Assembly (NCBI GenBank): GCA_036337435.1
Contig: JAYZEG010000010.1
Coordinates: forward strand, 1-64,000
Direction: 5' to 3'
Length of the DNA stretch: 64,000 nt
DNA from: Myxococcota bacterium
Lineage (GTDB): Bacteria; Myxococcota_A; Bradymonadia; UBA7976; UBA1532
The notes below the pieces were generated by a model. The model saw only the letters and a list, made by a program, of their open reading frames with translations. It was not told the DNA's origin and ran no database searches. Shown piece by piece: positions 30,913 to 40,979 of this stretch. Positions within the stretch are counted from its first letter, which is position 1; each line of letters opens with the position of its first letter. A program made the position numbers and the translations under genes.

Positions 30913-30945
30913 AAAAAAAAACGCCCCCAAAGGTGGAGGCGTTTT
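30913..30945 (-). terminator. Rho-independent terminator of the MtsC-like gene (possibly bidirectional)
   Basis: Minus strand CGCCTCC-ACCTTT-GGGGGCG followed by T9. Confidence 0.8.
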
Positions 30946-30967
30946 CTACGTCAGCGCAATGTCGTCA

Positions 30968-32317
30968 TCAACGACGTCGGCGAACCCGAATCAGACCGAT
31001 TCCTCCAAAGAGGGCGACCATGAAGAGTGCTGCGAGTCCGTTGCCTGAGGCTGCGCTGGCTGCACACCCACCTGCGTTTGCGTCTGTGGCTTGAGGCTCA
31101 CCCGACGCTTTGAGTCGCATTCTGTATTGTGCAACTGTTTCGACTTCGGTTGTGTTTGCATCTTCAAACGCTGTCACAACCTCGACCATGATGGTGTACT
31201 CACCTGGCATGTCTGGAATGACTGTCGGGCGGTCTGCCAGGTAGTGATACTCAAATGGGCTTGATTGCTCTACCGAGCCTTGTGGAGCCGCAATCTTTGC
31301 TCGTGAACCGTCTGGGCTTGAGACAATGGCCCATGTGTAACGGAACTCGCGGTTCGTCCGGTTAATGAATAAGCGAAGTGGTACTTCATCGCCGGTATTG
31401 GCCATCAGGCTCGGGGAGTAGACGGTCAAAGTCGCGTCTGGGTCGAGGCAATTCTCTACGTCGCCGTAGACGGCATAGCAGAAACTTGGGTCGCAATCAT
31501 CGCCCTTGCCATCACGGTCAGCGTCGATCTGACCTGGATTGACCATGAGTGAGCAATTGTCGAACTTGTTGGCGATTCCATCGCCGTCTCTGTCCGAATC
31601 GCACTTGTCTCCGAGGCCGTCGCCATCGGTGTCGAGTTGGTCTTCGTTCGCGATGGTTGGGCAGTTGTCCTTGCTCAAAGGATCAACTTCACTCACGCCA
31701 TCTCCGTCCACATCTGGGAAACAAATCGACCGCTCATCTTCAGAAGGAGCCTCGAGTGTCGCATTGTACGGACAAGGATCCTCCAGATTGGTTTTCAAGT
31801 CGCCATCGATATCATCGTCACACGCGTCACCAATGCCGTCTCCGTCAAGGTCCGGCTGTCCTTCTTCCCCGGCTTGATTGGGCACCAACATGCAGTTGTC
31901 GAGCTCGTTTTCGATGTTATCATTGTCAATATCCGCATCGCAGGCGTCGCCCTTCGCGTCTTCATCCAGATTGAGCTGGTCTTCATTACGCGTGTTGACG
32001 CAATTGTCGCAGCCGTCTCCAATGCCGTCACCGTCGCGGTCAAACTGCTCCGGATTCCGAACACGTGGACAGTTGTCGGAGTTATCCTCAATGCCGTCGT
32101 CATCGAAGTCATCGGCGCGCTGGTACGTGTCGCCAAGGTCGGTGTTATTAATGAGGACGGCACCGCCCCCGCCACCGCCGCCGCCGCCGCTCATATTCGG
32201 CGTTCCGCAGTCGCCGAAGTTGTTATCGCACTCAAATGGTGCGTCCTGCGCTGATACGACGAGCGGGAACATGGCCGCTGCCGTAAGCGTAACGAGTAAA
32301 CGAATCGATGCCGCCAT
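30968..32317 (-). CDS. Thrombospondin type-3 repeat, MYXO-CTERM surface protein (MtsC-like)
   Basis: GAGGAG RBS; CGTP..GGGGG..NTDLGDT..ADDFDDDG N-terminus; many DNCP/DGDGxGDxCD repeats; C-terminal GGC + TM + RRRR. Confidence 0.85.
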   Translation of the reverse strand: MAASIRLLVTLTAAAMFPLVVSAQDAPFECDNNFGDCGTPNMSGGGGGGGGGAVLINNTDLGDTYQRADDFDDDGIEDNSDNCPRVRNPEQFDRDGDGIGDGCDNCVNTRNEDQLNLDEDAKGDACDADIDNDNIENELDNCMLVPNQAGEEGQPDLDGDGIGDACDDDIDGDLKTNLEDPCPYNATLEAPSEDERSICFPDVDGDGVSEVDPLSKDNCPTIANEDQLDTDGDGLGDKCDSDRDGDGIANKFDNCSLMVNPGQIDADRDGKGDDCDPSFCYAVYGDVENCLDPDATLTVYSPSLMANTGDEVPLRLFINRTNREFRYTWAIVSSPDGSRAKIAAPQGSVEQSSPFEYHYLADRPTVIPDMPGEYTIMVEVVTAFEDANTTEVETVAQYRMRLKASGEPQATDANAGGCAASAASGNGLAALFMVALFGGIGLIRVRRRR

Positions 32318-32534
32318 AATGTGTCTCCTCATTTATCGGCTGTCTAGAGAGTAGCAAAAGTGCCAACTGTACTCATTAAAGCACACGTCCGCGACGGCTT
32401 TGCCTATCCCTGTCTCATTAACTACGTTTGTAAGGACAGCGTTCGCGTCCAAATCTAACCCCACGCTATAAAGAATGACGATCAAAACCGGTTTTTTCAA
32501 GATATTTCAGTGTCGGGATCGCGAAATTATCGGG

Positions 32535-33461
32535 TCAATCGTCGGATTGAAACTCGGGGTCGAGAAAAATAATCTGATCGGCACGCGTCGAAAGTCGTAA
32601 CATCGTGCGATATCCGGATGTTTTTCTTTCGAACAAATCTTTCACATCGAGCACACCGGCCTTCCTCAATTGGCTGCGCAGTTTGCCCCGCTCAAAACCA
32701 AGCCGTTCGATCCCCGAATTGGGATTACCGCCGAGTTTGAGCCACTGTTGATGACTCTCCGGTGCTGTGAGCCAGCCGCCCTCCGTGTAACTCTCATCTC
32801 TGCGGACCAATGCATAGGCAGCCAGTACGCGGACGCACTCCCCTGTGACTCTGACAGAGCTTTCGTCGCTTTCGAAACAGGCCCAAAGCTCCGAAACTGA
32901 AATTCGCAGGCTGCATTCATCGATGATCAAATGAAGTTGAGCCACCAACGTCGGTGCACCGAGAACCGGAAAGAAGAGACGATATAGCGAGGTCCCCGAA
33001 CTGACAAGATCACCATCTTTCAACTCGTAGGATGCGTCAGCTCCATGTTCCCATCCAAACCGATAAAAGCGGTCATCGACACACTCGTAGAGGTCATCTA
33101 ACGCATCTCCGCTGACGAACTCATTGTTTTCGACATTCATCGCGAATGCTTGTGGCGGAGTTGTATCGGTTAATTCAGCAACGATGCCGTCATCGATGGT
33201 AATGCGGGCGACACGGCGACTTAGGCTATTGATGATACGCCAGCCGTTTTGATCAACCGAACCGGACCCTCTCGTTTCATCGACACGATTGAGCGGTCGC
33301 CAACCCCAATTTTGACCTAACCAACGAATCTCAAACCAGAACTGAGGCACACTGGATGAAAAAAACCGGGCATGACAGCTCCAATGCCGCCCAACAAGAC
33401 AAACCTCTGATATGGGAATGATTCGCGTAGTAGAACCATCTGTTAATTTCAACGCCCCCAT
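32535..33461 (-). CDS. FHA-like domain protein with a possible C-terminal DNA-binding region
   Basis: CLVGRHWSC at the N-terminus; basic helical C-terminus (KLRSQLRKAG). Confidence 0.6.
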   Translation of the reverse strand: MGALKLTDGSTTRIIPISEVCLVGRHWSCHARFFSSSVPQFWFEIRWLGQNWGWRPLNRVDETRGSGSVDQNGWRIINSLSRRVARITIDDGIVAELTDTTPPQAFAMNVENNEFVSGDALDDLYECVDDRFYRFGWEHGADASYELKDGDLVSSGTSLYRLFFPVLGAPTLVAQLHLIIDECSLRISVSELWACFESDESSVRVTGECVRVLAAYALVRRDESYTEGGWLTAPESHQQWLKLGGNPNSGIERLGFERGKLRSQLRKAGVLDVKDLFERKTSGYRTMLRLSTRADQIIFLDPEFQSDD

Positions 33462-33657
33462 TTAACGCCCCACACAGTCCACACGTCTCCACTAATCAAA
33501 CCACGCCCACCGAAAGCACGTGGTGCGCAAATATGACTGGGATGCAGTTATGATATGAATTGAGCTGCTGATTTTGCAAGAGGCGTTAGACAAAAACCCC
33601 CTCTACACAACCAGCAGACCAATGGGTTTAGAGCCCTTCGAAAGACTCCAGAGCCCC

Positions 33658-33999
33658 CTAGAAGGCGGTCCAAAGAAATCGTTTAAAATCAACGAGGCCT
33701 CGGTCTGAGAAAACAATACCCTCCACTTCGAGGAGATTTTTCTGCAATTGAGCGCGTACAGATTGACCCCGACCACTGATGTAACCACGACTGTTTATAA
33801 TTCGATGCCACGGGACGTCGGCGTCTTTGTCCGTAATCGACGCAAGAGCCCAGCCAACATGTCTCGCCACTCTCGGACTTCCAAGTTGTGTTGCGATTTG
33901 GCCGTAGGTAGACACCCGACCAGCGGGGACACGACGCACCAAATCATAGACACGTTGGTGGAAGCCGGGTCCGACAATCTTAGGTTCTAGTTGCGTCAC
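33658..33999 (-). CDS. Alkyltransferase-like (ATL/YbaZ, MGMT family) protein
   Basis: VPAGRVSTYGQIA, ARHVG, PWHRIINSRG (Trp in place of the catalytic Cys). Confidence 0.92.
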   Translation of the reverse strand: MTQLEPKIVGPGFHQRVYDLVRRVPAGRVSTYGQIATQLGSPRVARHVGWALASITDKDADVPWHRIINSRGYISGRGQSVRAQLQKNLLEVEGIVFSDRGLVDFKRFLWTAF

Positions 34000-34047
34000 A
34001 GATACTCCAAGTAAAGATGTCCAAGGCAGCCGGGCGACCCAGGGGGG

Positions 34048-35505
34048 TCAATCGATTGTGCAAAAGGCTGGAAAACTGACGTTTAATCCAGTCTGGAACG
34101 GACTCGGCGAATTCAGCCTGTGGGCAAATAAAAATTCGAGAAACCAAGGGGTGAACAGCGGCTTCCACTCATGCCCTGTATCGTGATTACACGTCGCAAC
34201 AAGGTGGCCATTGGATTTAAGCTTAGGAATGGCATCACTGGCGAAGGTAGAAAAGTTTTGACCTGCCGACTCATCGCAATCACCACCCCAACCGTAAATG
34301 ATCGGCATGGTGTTGGCGTTTGAATTAGGCATATCAAAAATAATTCCGCCCGAGTTGATTGCAGCTGCAGCAACAGTCTCTGCAAATTGACTCACAAGAA
34401 ACGTTGTGAACATGCCTCCGCCGCTGTCTCCCGCAAGATACAGTCGTTCAGGATCAGCGCCGAGTGTTTGTTGAGCACATGTCAGTAAGTCATCCACCAA
34501 AGCGACGTCTGGATTATCGCCAGGCCGCCCTTGATCCCATTCGATTGCCAAACGCCGGGAGTAGGGTGAGATCAAGATAAAATCAAAGGGGTCTACCAAT
34601 CGATTCATGGCCGTGTCTTCTTCAATATCATCGACTTGATCCGCATTGATTCCATGAAACAGCAAGACTGTTTTGTACCGACCTTGCTGCGAGTGAGACT
34701 GCGGAAGTCGAATTCTCACCGTCCGTTCAATGCCGCAACTCGTAATGATGTTTTCCCCACTCACGAGGTTTGGACAGGCGTTCGGTTCGATCCGTTCACA
34801 TGTTGTTTCCGCACCAGAGGAGCTGCAGCCATATGGTGAATCGGGCCTACGTTCAGACCACGGAACACCTCCAAAAGTGCTCTGCTGGAGCGCTAAGTCT
34901 AGAGTTTCAACCTCCCCTTGAACAAAGCCACAGATCGAGGCATTGCCCGTTACAACACCAATGAATTCTAGATCGAAGACCACATCGCTGCCCGTAGGGC
35001 TAAAATCACCGGGCATGACCGCATTTTCAAATGCCGCGACAAACTGCCCATTTTCATCCACATTCACATCACTGGCGACAGCGAACGGCTCGCTGACTTG
35101 ATCGTCCTTGTAGGCTCTCAGCCGAAGCTCGCTGAATCGCAAGCCTTGGTCATCAGCAAACACATCAATTTCGAGCTGGGTGTCGAGGAAAAAGTCGATT
35201 TCGGCCAGATAAATTCGCAGAAAATAAGCATCTGACTGCAAGGGGTCTTCACTGCCTTCAGGAAGCAAACTGCGGACATCGACATCGGGCATGTCTTCAT
35301 TGGTTTCAGCGGGCATTGACATGGATACAGACGTCGGTTCCATCACCGGATTTCCGTCTTGTTCTTCACAGCTTCGATAATCGTGATAGGTGCCACCGAG
35401 TTGGTATGGATCTGTCGTCGATTTATGGGAATCACCACTGCAGCCAAATACAAGCACGACAAGGCTGGTGAGCCCAACTCTAAACCCAACAATTTGATTT
35501 TTCAT
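34048..35505 (-). CDS. Lipoprotein with a C-terminal PHB-depolymerase/LpqP-like esterase domain
   Basis: GAGGAG RBS; lipobox VFGC; LLFHG, DPERLYLAGDSGGG, GHEW. Confidence 0.75.
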   Translation of the reverse strand: MKNQIVGFRVGLTSLVVLVFGCSGDSHKSTTDPYQLGGTYHDYRSCEEQDGNPVMEPTSVSMSMPAETNEDMPDVDVRSLLPEGSEDPLQSDAYFLRIYLAEIDFFLDTQLEIDVFADDQGLRFSELRLRAYKDDQVSEPFAVASDVNVDENGQFVAAFENAVMPGDFSPTGSDVVFDLEFIGVVTGNASICGFVQGEVETLDLALQQSTFGGVPWSERRPDSPYGCSSSGAETTCERIEPNACPNLVSGENIITSCGIERTVRIRLPQSHSQQGRYKTVLLFHGINADQVDDIEEDTAMNRLVDPFDFILISPYSRRLAIEWDQGRPGDNPDVALVDDLLTCAQQTLGADPERLYLAGDSGGGMFTTFLVSQFAETVAAAAINSGGIIFDMPNSNANTMPIIYGWGGDCDESAGQNFSTFASDAIPKLKSNGHLVATCNHDTGHEWKPLFTPWFLEFLFAHRLNSPSPFQTGLNVSFPAFCTID

Positions 35506-35664
35506 CTCGCTCCTCAACTGAGATTTGGTGGCGCAATTCATTGGGTCAATGCCCATGACGAACGCCTGAGGTTGTCTGCAACTCAGCTTAGTCAAGTGAA
35601 TTGCTGCTCTTCAAGCCCATCCCAAAGGTGACCGATACAGATGAGTGATGAGTAACCCGTGACG

Positions 35665-36453
35665 TCAGGACCGAAACGCCTTCTTCTTCCGCGCCATCAC
35701 TTGTTCAAGCTTGGCCCAGTTCTCTTTCACATCCGGTTCTGTCTGTACCACGACCGCATCCGATGACGAGTCAAAAAGTGGCTCTCGTTTGGCGTGTAAT
35801 AGATCCGATTCCGTCATCAGTGCGCCCTCAAAATTCACGTCTCTGAGGTCTGCACCCTTAAAATTAGCCCCCCTCAAATCGGCCGCTTCAAAACACGCCA
35901 TCCGGAGAGAGCTGCCTCGCATATCCAGGTGCTCGAGATCCATGTTACGAAGACCGGTATCTTTCAGAACTGACGACAATTCATCGGGTCCGTCAGGCCA
36001 TGGTGAAATCGAATCAACCAGAATGTTGGACGCCCGGAGTCGCTGCGCCATGATGCGGGACAGGTTGCGATAAATTTTGAGAGACAAACTGTGGGGCGCG
36101 TTTTCAAGAAGCGTTTCAGAAAACGCAAATAAGTTGACCTCAGTGGCTGCCACGACACTGGCTGAGCGAGGCGCATTATCGATCAATGACATCTCGCCAA
36201 CAGTCGCACCTGGTTCGAGTCGAGCAAGCTCGTCTCCACGGCCATTACTGTCGGATGTGACAACGAGTTGGCCGGCCATCAAAACAAACAGAGATTGAGC
36301 CGGTGTCCCTGCTGAAATCAAAACACTGCCGGCCTCCAAACGACGCGGCTTTGCTTGCTTCAGAAGGTATGAAATCTCGGAGGGGCTCAGGTCGCTAAAA
36401 AGCCTGACTTTTTCAATGAGCCTGCTCAACTTGTCCTTGATCGCCAAGGCCAT
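35665..36453 (-). CDS. Cyclic nucleotide-binding domain protein with pentapeptide repeats
   Basis: LFSDLS, GEMSLIDNAPRSASVVA; ADLRGANFKGADLRDVNF. Confidence 0.85.
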   Translation of the reverse strand: MALAIKDKLSRLIEKVRLFSDLSPSEISYLLKQAKPRRLEAGSVLISAGTPAQSLFVLMAGQLVVTSDSNGRGDELARLEPGATVGEMSLIDNAPRSASVVAATEVNLFAFSETLLENAPHSLSLKIYRNLSRIMAQRLRASNILVDSISPWPDGPDELSSVLKDTGLRNMDLEHLDMRGSSLRMACFEAADLRGANFKGADLRDVNFEGALMTESDLLHAKREPLFDSSSDAVVVQTEPDVKENWAKLEQVMARKKKAFRS

Positions 36454-36951
36454 CCCCCAATCCAGAGTCAACACGTCGCAATGCACAGGCGTCTTACTTA
36501 AGCGATCTAAGCACTTAAGACAAATCAAAACAAACCCACAGCAAAACCGCGAATCATGTTTGCCTGATACAGCCTGTAGTGGCCTATATGGCCGACAAAG
36601 AAGGACCTTGGTTCGGTGAGAACGAATCCACACCGAGTTGGATGACCAAGTGGACGTCTGATATACGGCATTCGAACAGCAAGTGACCGGCTTACAGTAT
36701 GCCTGAGTGATTGGGATAAAAACGGAGAGCGATGCAACCCAAAGTCTGCTGGTGACCTCTTTAAGCGTGTACTCACAGGGCGAGGCTGACTGCTTTCAAA
36801 CAGCACCGGCCGCGCGGGTCACGCAAGACTTCGGGCCAGAATCGAACGGGTTAAAGTGGACCGAATGCAGCCAGGCGCTAGCTGTGTGGGCGAGGACAGT
36901 GTATTTGAACAGAGTGGCGCTGAATGCATCAGCAGGGGGTTTAAATCAACG

Positions 36952-37983
36952 ATGAAAAAACGAACCGGGATTCTTCTCACCCAACTCGGCACGCCGAAAG
37001 CGGCGACGGTGGGTGCTGTACGTCCTTACCTTCGGCAATTCTTAAACGACCCCCGAGTGATCGACATTCCAGCGTTGGTCCGACTGGTTTTAGTGAATCT
37101 CGTCATCGTCCCATTTCGCGCGCCGAAATCGACCAAGATTTACAAGGAACTCTGGGAGTATGGTAACGGGCGATCCCCCTTGTTGACCATCACCAAAGCA
37201 CTCACCGAAGAATTAAATTCACGGCTCAACGACGATGATATTTTTGTCCATATGGCAATGCGGTATCAGGAGCCGTCCATGGACTCAGTCCTCGAGTCGA
37301 TGCAACGCGAAAACTATGACAAGATCGTCATCCTGCCCATGTTTCCCCATTATGCATCGTCTAGTTCTGGTTCAGCCATTCAAAGGGCGATGGACATCAT
37401 CGCGAAGTGGTGGGTCATTCCGGAACTCGAAGTTGTCAGCCAATTTTACGATGCCGAGTTCTACATCGATACACTCGTCGAGCAAGCGCAGAAGCATGAT
37501 CTAGACTCCTATGACCACATTATCATGAGCTACCACGGGCTTCCCGACCGCCACGTGGACAAAGTGTATTTGGACAAAGCAGACCTATGCGCACAACATA
37601 ATTGCGAAACGGTGCTCGATGATACAAACAAGTTTTGTTACAAAGCCACCGCCTTTGAGACGTCGCGTCTGATCGCTGAAAAGATGGGACTTGATGACGA
37701 TGATTATACGGTGGCTTTCCAATCGAGATTGGATAAGAAGTGGTTGACACCCTTCAGTGATGAGGTGGTCGAAGAGTTGGCCAAAGCGGGTAAAAAGCGG
37801 CTGCTGGTTTTCTCGCCTGCTTTTGTGGCTGACTGCCTCGAAACAATCATCGAAATCGGGTCGGAGTATCAGGAAATCTTCGAAGAGCACGGCGGTGAGA
37901 AAGTTCAGCTTGTCGCCAGTTGCAACACGGAAGAAACGTGGGTCAGCGGTCTCAGCGAGTTCATTCGCGAACGACGCGCATAG
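36952..37983 (+). CDS. hemH: Ferrochelatase
   Basis: LGTP, YLRQFLNDPRVID, AMRYQEP, PMFPHY, SYHGLP, FQSR, FVADCLET. Confidence 0.95.
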   Translation: MKKRTGILLTQLGTPKAATVGAVRPYLRQFLNDPRVIDIPALVRLVLVNLVIVPFRAPKSTKIYKELWEYGNGRSPLLTITKALTEELNSRLNDDDIFVHMAMRYQEPSMDSVLESMQRENYDKIVILPMFPHYASSSSGSAIQRAMDIIAKWWVIPELEVVSQFYDAEFYIDTLVEQAQKHDLDSYDHIIMSYHGLPDRHVDKVYLDKADLCAQHNCETVLDDTNKFCYKATAFETSRLIAEKMGLDDDDYTVAFQSRLDKKWLTPFSDEVVEELAKAGKKRLLVFSPAFVADCLETIIEIGSEYQEIFEEHGGEKVQLVASCNTEETWVSGLSEFIRERRA

Positions 37984-38070
37984 GTCGACATCGTTGAGGG
38001 AACTCGGACAGACTGACTCGACGGGTCGGCGGTCTTCTTGGGTCGATACCGTCGTTCGGTTACACAGCCA

Positions 38071-38943
38071 TCAGCGACTCAGCTGGTAGACATAGTTGGT
38101 GTCATACGTCCGTACGAACAGGCGGCCCAACTGATTTAAGTAAAAATCATCCGGCCCGGAACGCACTTTATGGCGTTTCAGCACGACGCCTGAGCGCGCG
38201 GAGACCTGGTAGATATAATCAGGCTCTGAGGAAAACCCGTATCCGCTGACGATCACATCGCCAATCAGTAAAAAGCGCTTCGCATTAGACACCAGGGGCG
38301 GTGACTGCCAAATGACTTTGCCCGTGGCTGGCTTGACAGCCACCAAGGTCGCATTCCAACCATAAGTGCTCGCGGCGTATGTGTTGTGACCAACGGAGGC
38401 ATACATGATTCCGTTCTGCATGATCACATGGCCGAGATTGGCTCCCACGAATTCTTCGTCACCGCTGCGTACTCTGCGGGGTGCCAGAAGGGCTTCGAAA
38501 TCCAGTGCATGAATGCGTTGACCCGCTGCACCAAAAGCGACGGCCCAGCGGCCTGGTGTCCATCGATATCCGGTTGGTCGTATGCCATAGACGCCGACGA
38601 CGGGTTGCCCGACGCCTGTGGCCGTTGAATAACTGAGCTGCTGCAACCCGTAGCTCGTTGGAACACTCGGAAAGACTGTCCGGGTTTGGTCGACGGTGAA
38701 CATACTGGCTTGGTACCCGACGCTCGCCCTCCACTCATCGTCATCGGTTATCTGATTGCGACGTTCAGAAAGCTTTCTCAACTTAAGCGGCTTCACTTTC
38801 ACTTTACATGTCGCGCCATGGCAAATGGCCTTCGACGGAGTCAATTCAACCTTTTTTGATTGTTTGGCGAGAATTTGCCCAAACGACAATAAAGGGAGCG
38901 CAAGCGTTGAACCAAGCACCATCCAGGCGAATGCACGGATCAT
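38071..38943 (-). CDS. Secreted hypothetical protein with PQQ-like propeller blades
   Basis: AAGGAG RBS; signal peptide; LVAVKPATGKVIW, GYGFSSEPD. Confidence 0.7.
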   Translation of the reverse strand: MIRAFAWMVLGSTLALPLLSFGQILAKQSKKVELTPSKAICHGATCKVKVKPLKLRKLSERRNQITDDDEWRASVGYQASMFTVDQTRTVFPSVPTSYGLQQLSYSTATGVGQPVVGVYGIRPTGYRWTPGRWAVAFGAAGQRIHALDFEALLAPRRVRSGDEEFVGANLGHVIMQNGIMYASVGHNTYAASTYGWNATLVAVKPATGKVIWQSPPLVSNAKRFLLIGDVIVSGYGFSSEPDYIYQVSARSGVVLKRHKVRSGPDDFYLNQLGRLFVRTYDTNYVYQLSR

Positions 38944-39192
38944 AATTAACTCCTTTGTCTCATCACAGAGTGGCTCGATGGCGTTGAACACCGGCGGGAC
39001 TGGATGTGTTCCCACAATCGGCTTGTTGCCGGAGAAATATCAACGCTGAATTAAACCAGAGTCAACATCTAAACGGCCTCGCTGACCGATTCAGTTCGAC
39101 CTCAACTGACCCAAGTTCGGATCCCTATTGAGCGAAGGCCCATCCGCTGTTAGGCTGCGCCGGTTCCAGACTAAAGAACTTCAGGGGGGATT

Positions 39193-40710
39193 ATGGACCA
39201 GTTCATGAGTTTTGTTGGTATTCTGACTTTGCTCGGTATCGCCTGGCTAATGTCCAACAATCGACGGTTAATGAATTGGCAGACCATCGGCGTAGGCATC
39301 CTGCTACAGGTTATCCTTGGTGCGATTCTGCTCAAGTGGCAACCCGGAATCGACGGGATTTCGTCATTCAGCGACGGGGTGAAAGATTTTCTTAAATTGT
39401 CCGAGCAAGGGTCGGGCATGGTCTTCCAAGACCTAGGTGTGTCAGCAAAATCCGGCTTTCAATTTGCCTTTCAAATCTTACCAACGATCATTTTCTTCTC
39501 CGCCGTTATGGCTGTTTTATACTATCTCGGTTTGATGCAAATCATCATCTCGTTTATGGCTAAATTCGTAAAGAAAGCCATGGGCACGAGCGGGTCAGAA
39601 ACTCTGTCCGTTTCAGCAAACATTTTCGTCGGTCAGACGGAAGCTCCGCTGATGATTCGACCTTTCTTGCCTAAAATGACGAAGTCCGAGTTGTTCACCG
39701 TGATGGTCGGTGGGTTCGCAACCGTGGCTGGTGGTGTACTGGCAGCCTACATCGGCATGGGTGTCGATGCAGGCCACCTGGTCGTTGCATCAGTGATGTC
39801 AGCGCCCGCTGCCTTGGTGATTGGAAAAATCATGTACCCGGAAACCGAGGTATCGCAAACGGCTGGGGACGTCGCCTTGCCAGATATTGATTCCGGCGAC
39901 AATGTAATCGATGCAGCCGCTCGGGGTGCCACCGATGGCCTAAAGCTCGCGCTCAACGTCGCGGCTATGCTGATCGCATTCTTAGGCTTGGTCGCGGTTG
40001 CCGATTGGTTATTAGGAGGCCTCGATTCTTTGATCGATGGCTCGATGCTCGGTGGCGAGCAAATGGCGAACAAAGAGTATTCCGGTTTTTTTCCTGGAAG
40101 CCTGACAACGATTTTTGGAACCCTACTGGCTCCCATCGCCTTCGTCATGGGTGTGCCCTGGGCCGATGCTGCTGCCGTCGGGAACCTGCTGGGTCAAAAG
40201 CTCGCGGTGAACGAATTCGTCGGTTATCAAACCCTGAGCGACTTGATTAAATCAGGCACGATCACCGAGCGGTCCGCCATTATTTCAACCTACGCATTGT
40301 GTGGCTTTGCCAATTTTGGCTCCATCGGGATTCAAATCGGTGGAATCGCTGCTCTTGCACCTGAACGCCGGAAAGACCTCGCTTCGATGGGTTTTAAGGC
40401 CATGCTAGGTGGTGCATTCGCGACCTGGCTGACCGCATGTGTTGCCGGACTGATGATCGGTGCACCAACCACCGCAGAAACAGGCAAAGCGGTGAAGACT
40501 CAACCAGCCGTTCACTCAGTCGTGACCAGTTCCCGCTCCGTTGTTGCACCGACCATTGAGGAGACTGCAAAAACGATCATCAGAACGTCCGAGGCTCAAT
40601 TGGCTCGAGCCACCGTTGGTGCCGTTGACAAGCAGCCCAATACGAAGGCCAATCGCCCTTTGCCGCTTACCCACGGGAAAGAGGCACGAGACGATCGCAC
40701 GGACCCGTGA
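39193..40710 (+). CDS. NupC/CNT family Na+/nucleoside transporter with a soluble C-terminal extension
   Basis: FAFQILPTIIFFS, NIFVGQTEAPL, GGFATVAG, KLAVNEFV, LCGFANFGSIGI. Confidence 0.95.
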   Translation: MDQFMSFVGILTLLGIAWLMSNNRRLMNWQTIGVGILLQVILGAILLKWQPGIDGISSFSDGVKDFLKLSEQGSGMVFQDLGVSAKSGFQFAFQILPTIIFFSAVMAVLYYLGLMQIIISFMAKFVKKAMGTSGSETLSVSANIFVGQTEAPLMIRPFLPKMTKSELFTVMVGGFATVAGGVLAAYIGMGVDAGHLVVASVMSAPAALVIGKIMYPETEVSQTAGDVALPDIDSGDNVIDAAARGATDGLKLALNVAAMLIAFLGLVAVADWLLGGLDSLIDGSMLGGEQMANKEYSGFFPGSLTTIFGTLLAPIAFVMGVPWADAAAVGNLLGQKLAVNEFVGYQTLSDLIKSGTITERSAIISTYALCGFANFGSIGIQIGGIAALAPERRKDLASMGFKAMLGGAFATWLTACVAGLMIGAPTTAETGKAVKTQPAVHSVVTSSRSVVAPTIEETAKTIIRTSEAQLARATVGAVDKQPNTKANRPLPLTHGKEARDDRTDP

Positions 40711-40979
40711 CAACGTAGACTGTTCATCTCTGTGACCGCTTACTCCAACTGGCGGGTCGGTTCGTGAATGAGACGATAGTGTGACGATCATGAAAAATTC
40801 ACAAAGAATAATGATCTCATCTTGAATTGTCTGGCATACTCGAGATGTTGACTGGGCATTCGTCGCATTTGTGCACGAGCAATGAACACCAGTCTAAACC
40901 GCACATTCACCCGAAGACCAGTGTGGTTTTCGAGGTGAATGATGCTTATACCTCCCGAAAAAAAGAGCCTTAGCGACGT

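Noticed and set aside
32355..32408. Sigma54 promoter for the MtsC-like gene
   Set aside because: TGGCAC..TTGCT has the wrong spacing, and the alternative GG-N10-GC matches the consensus poorly
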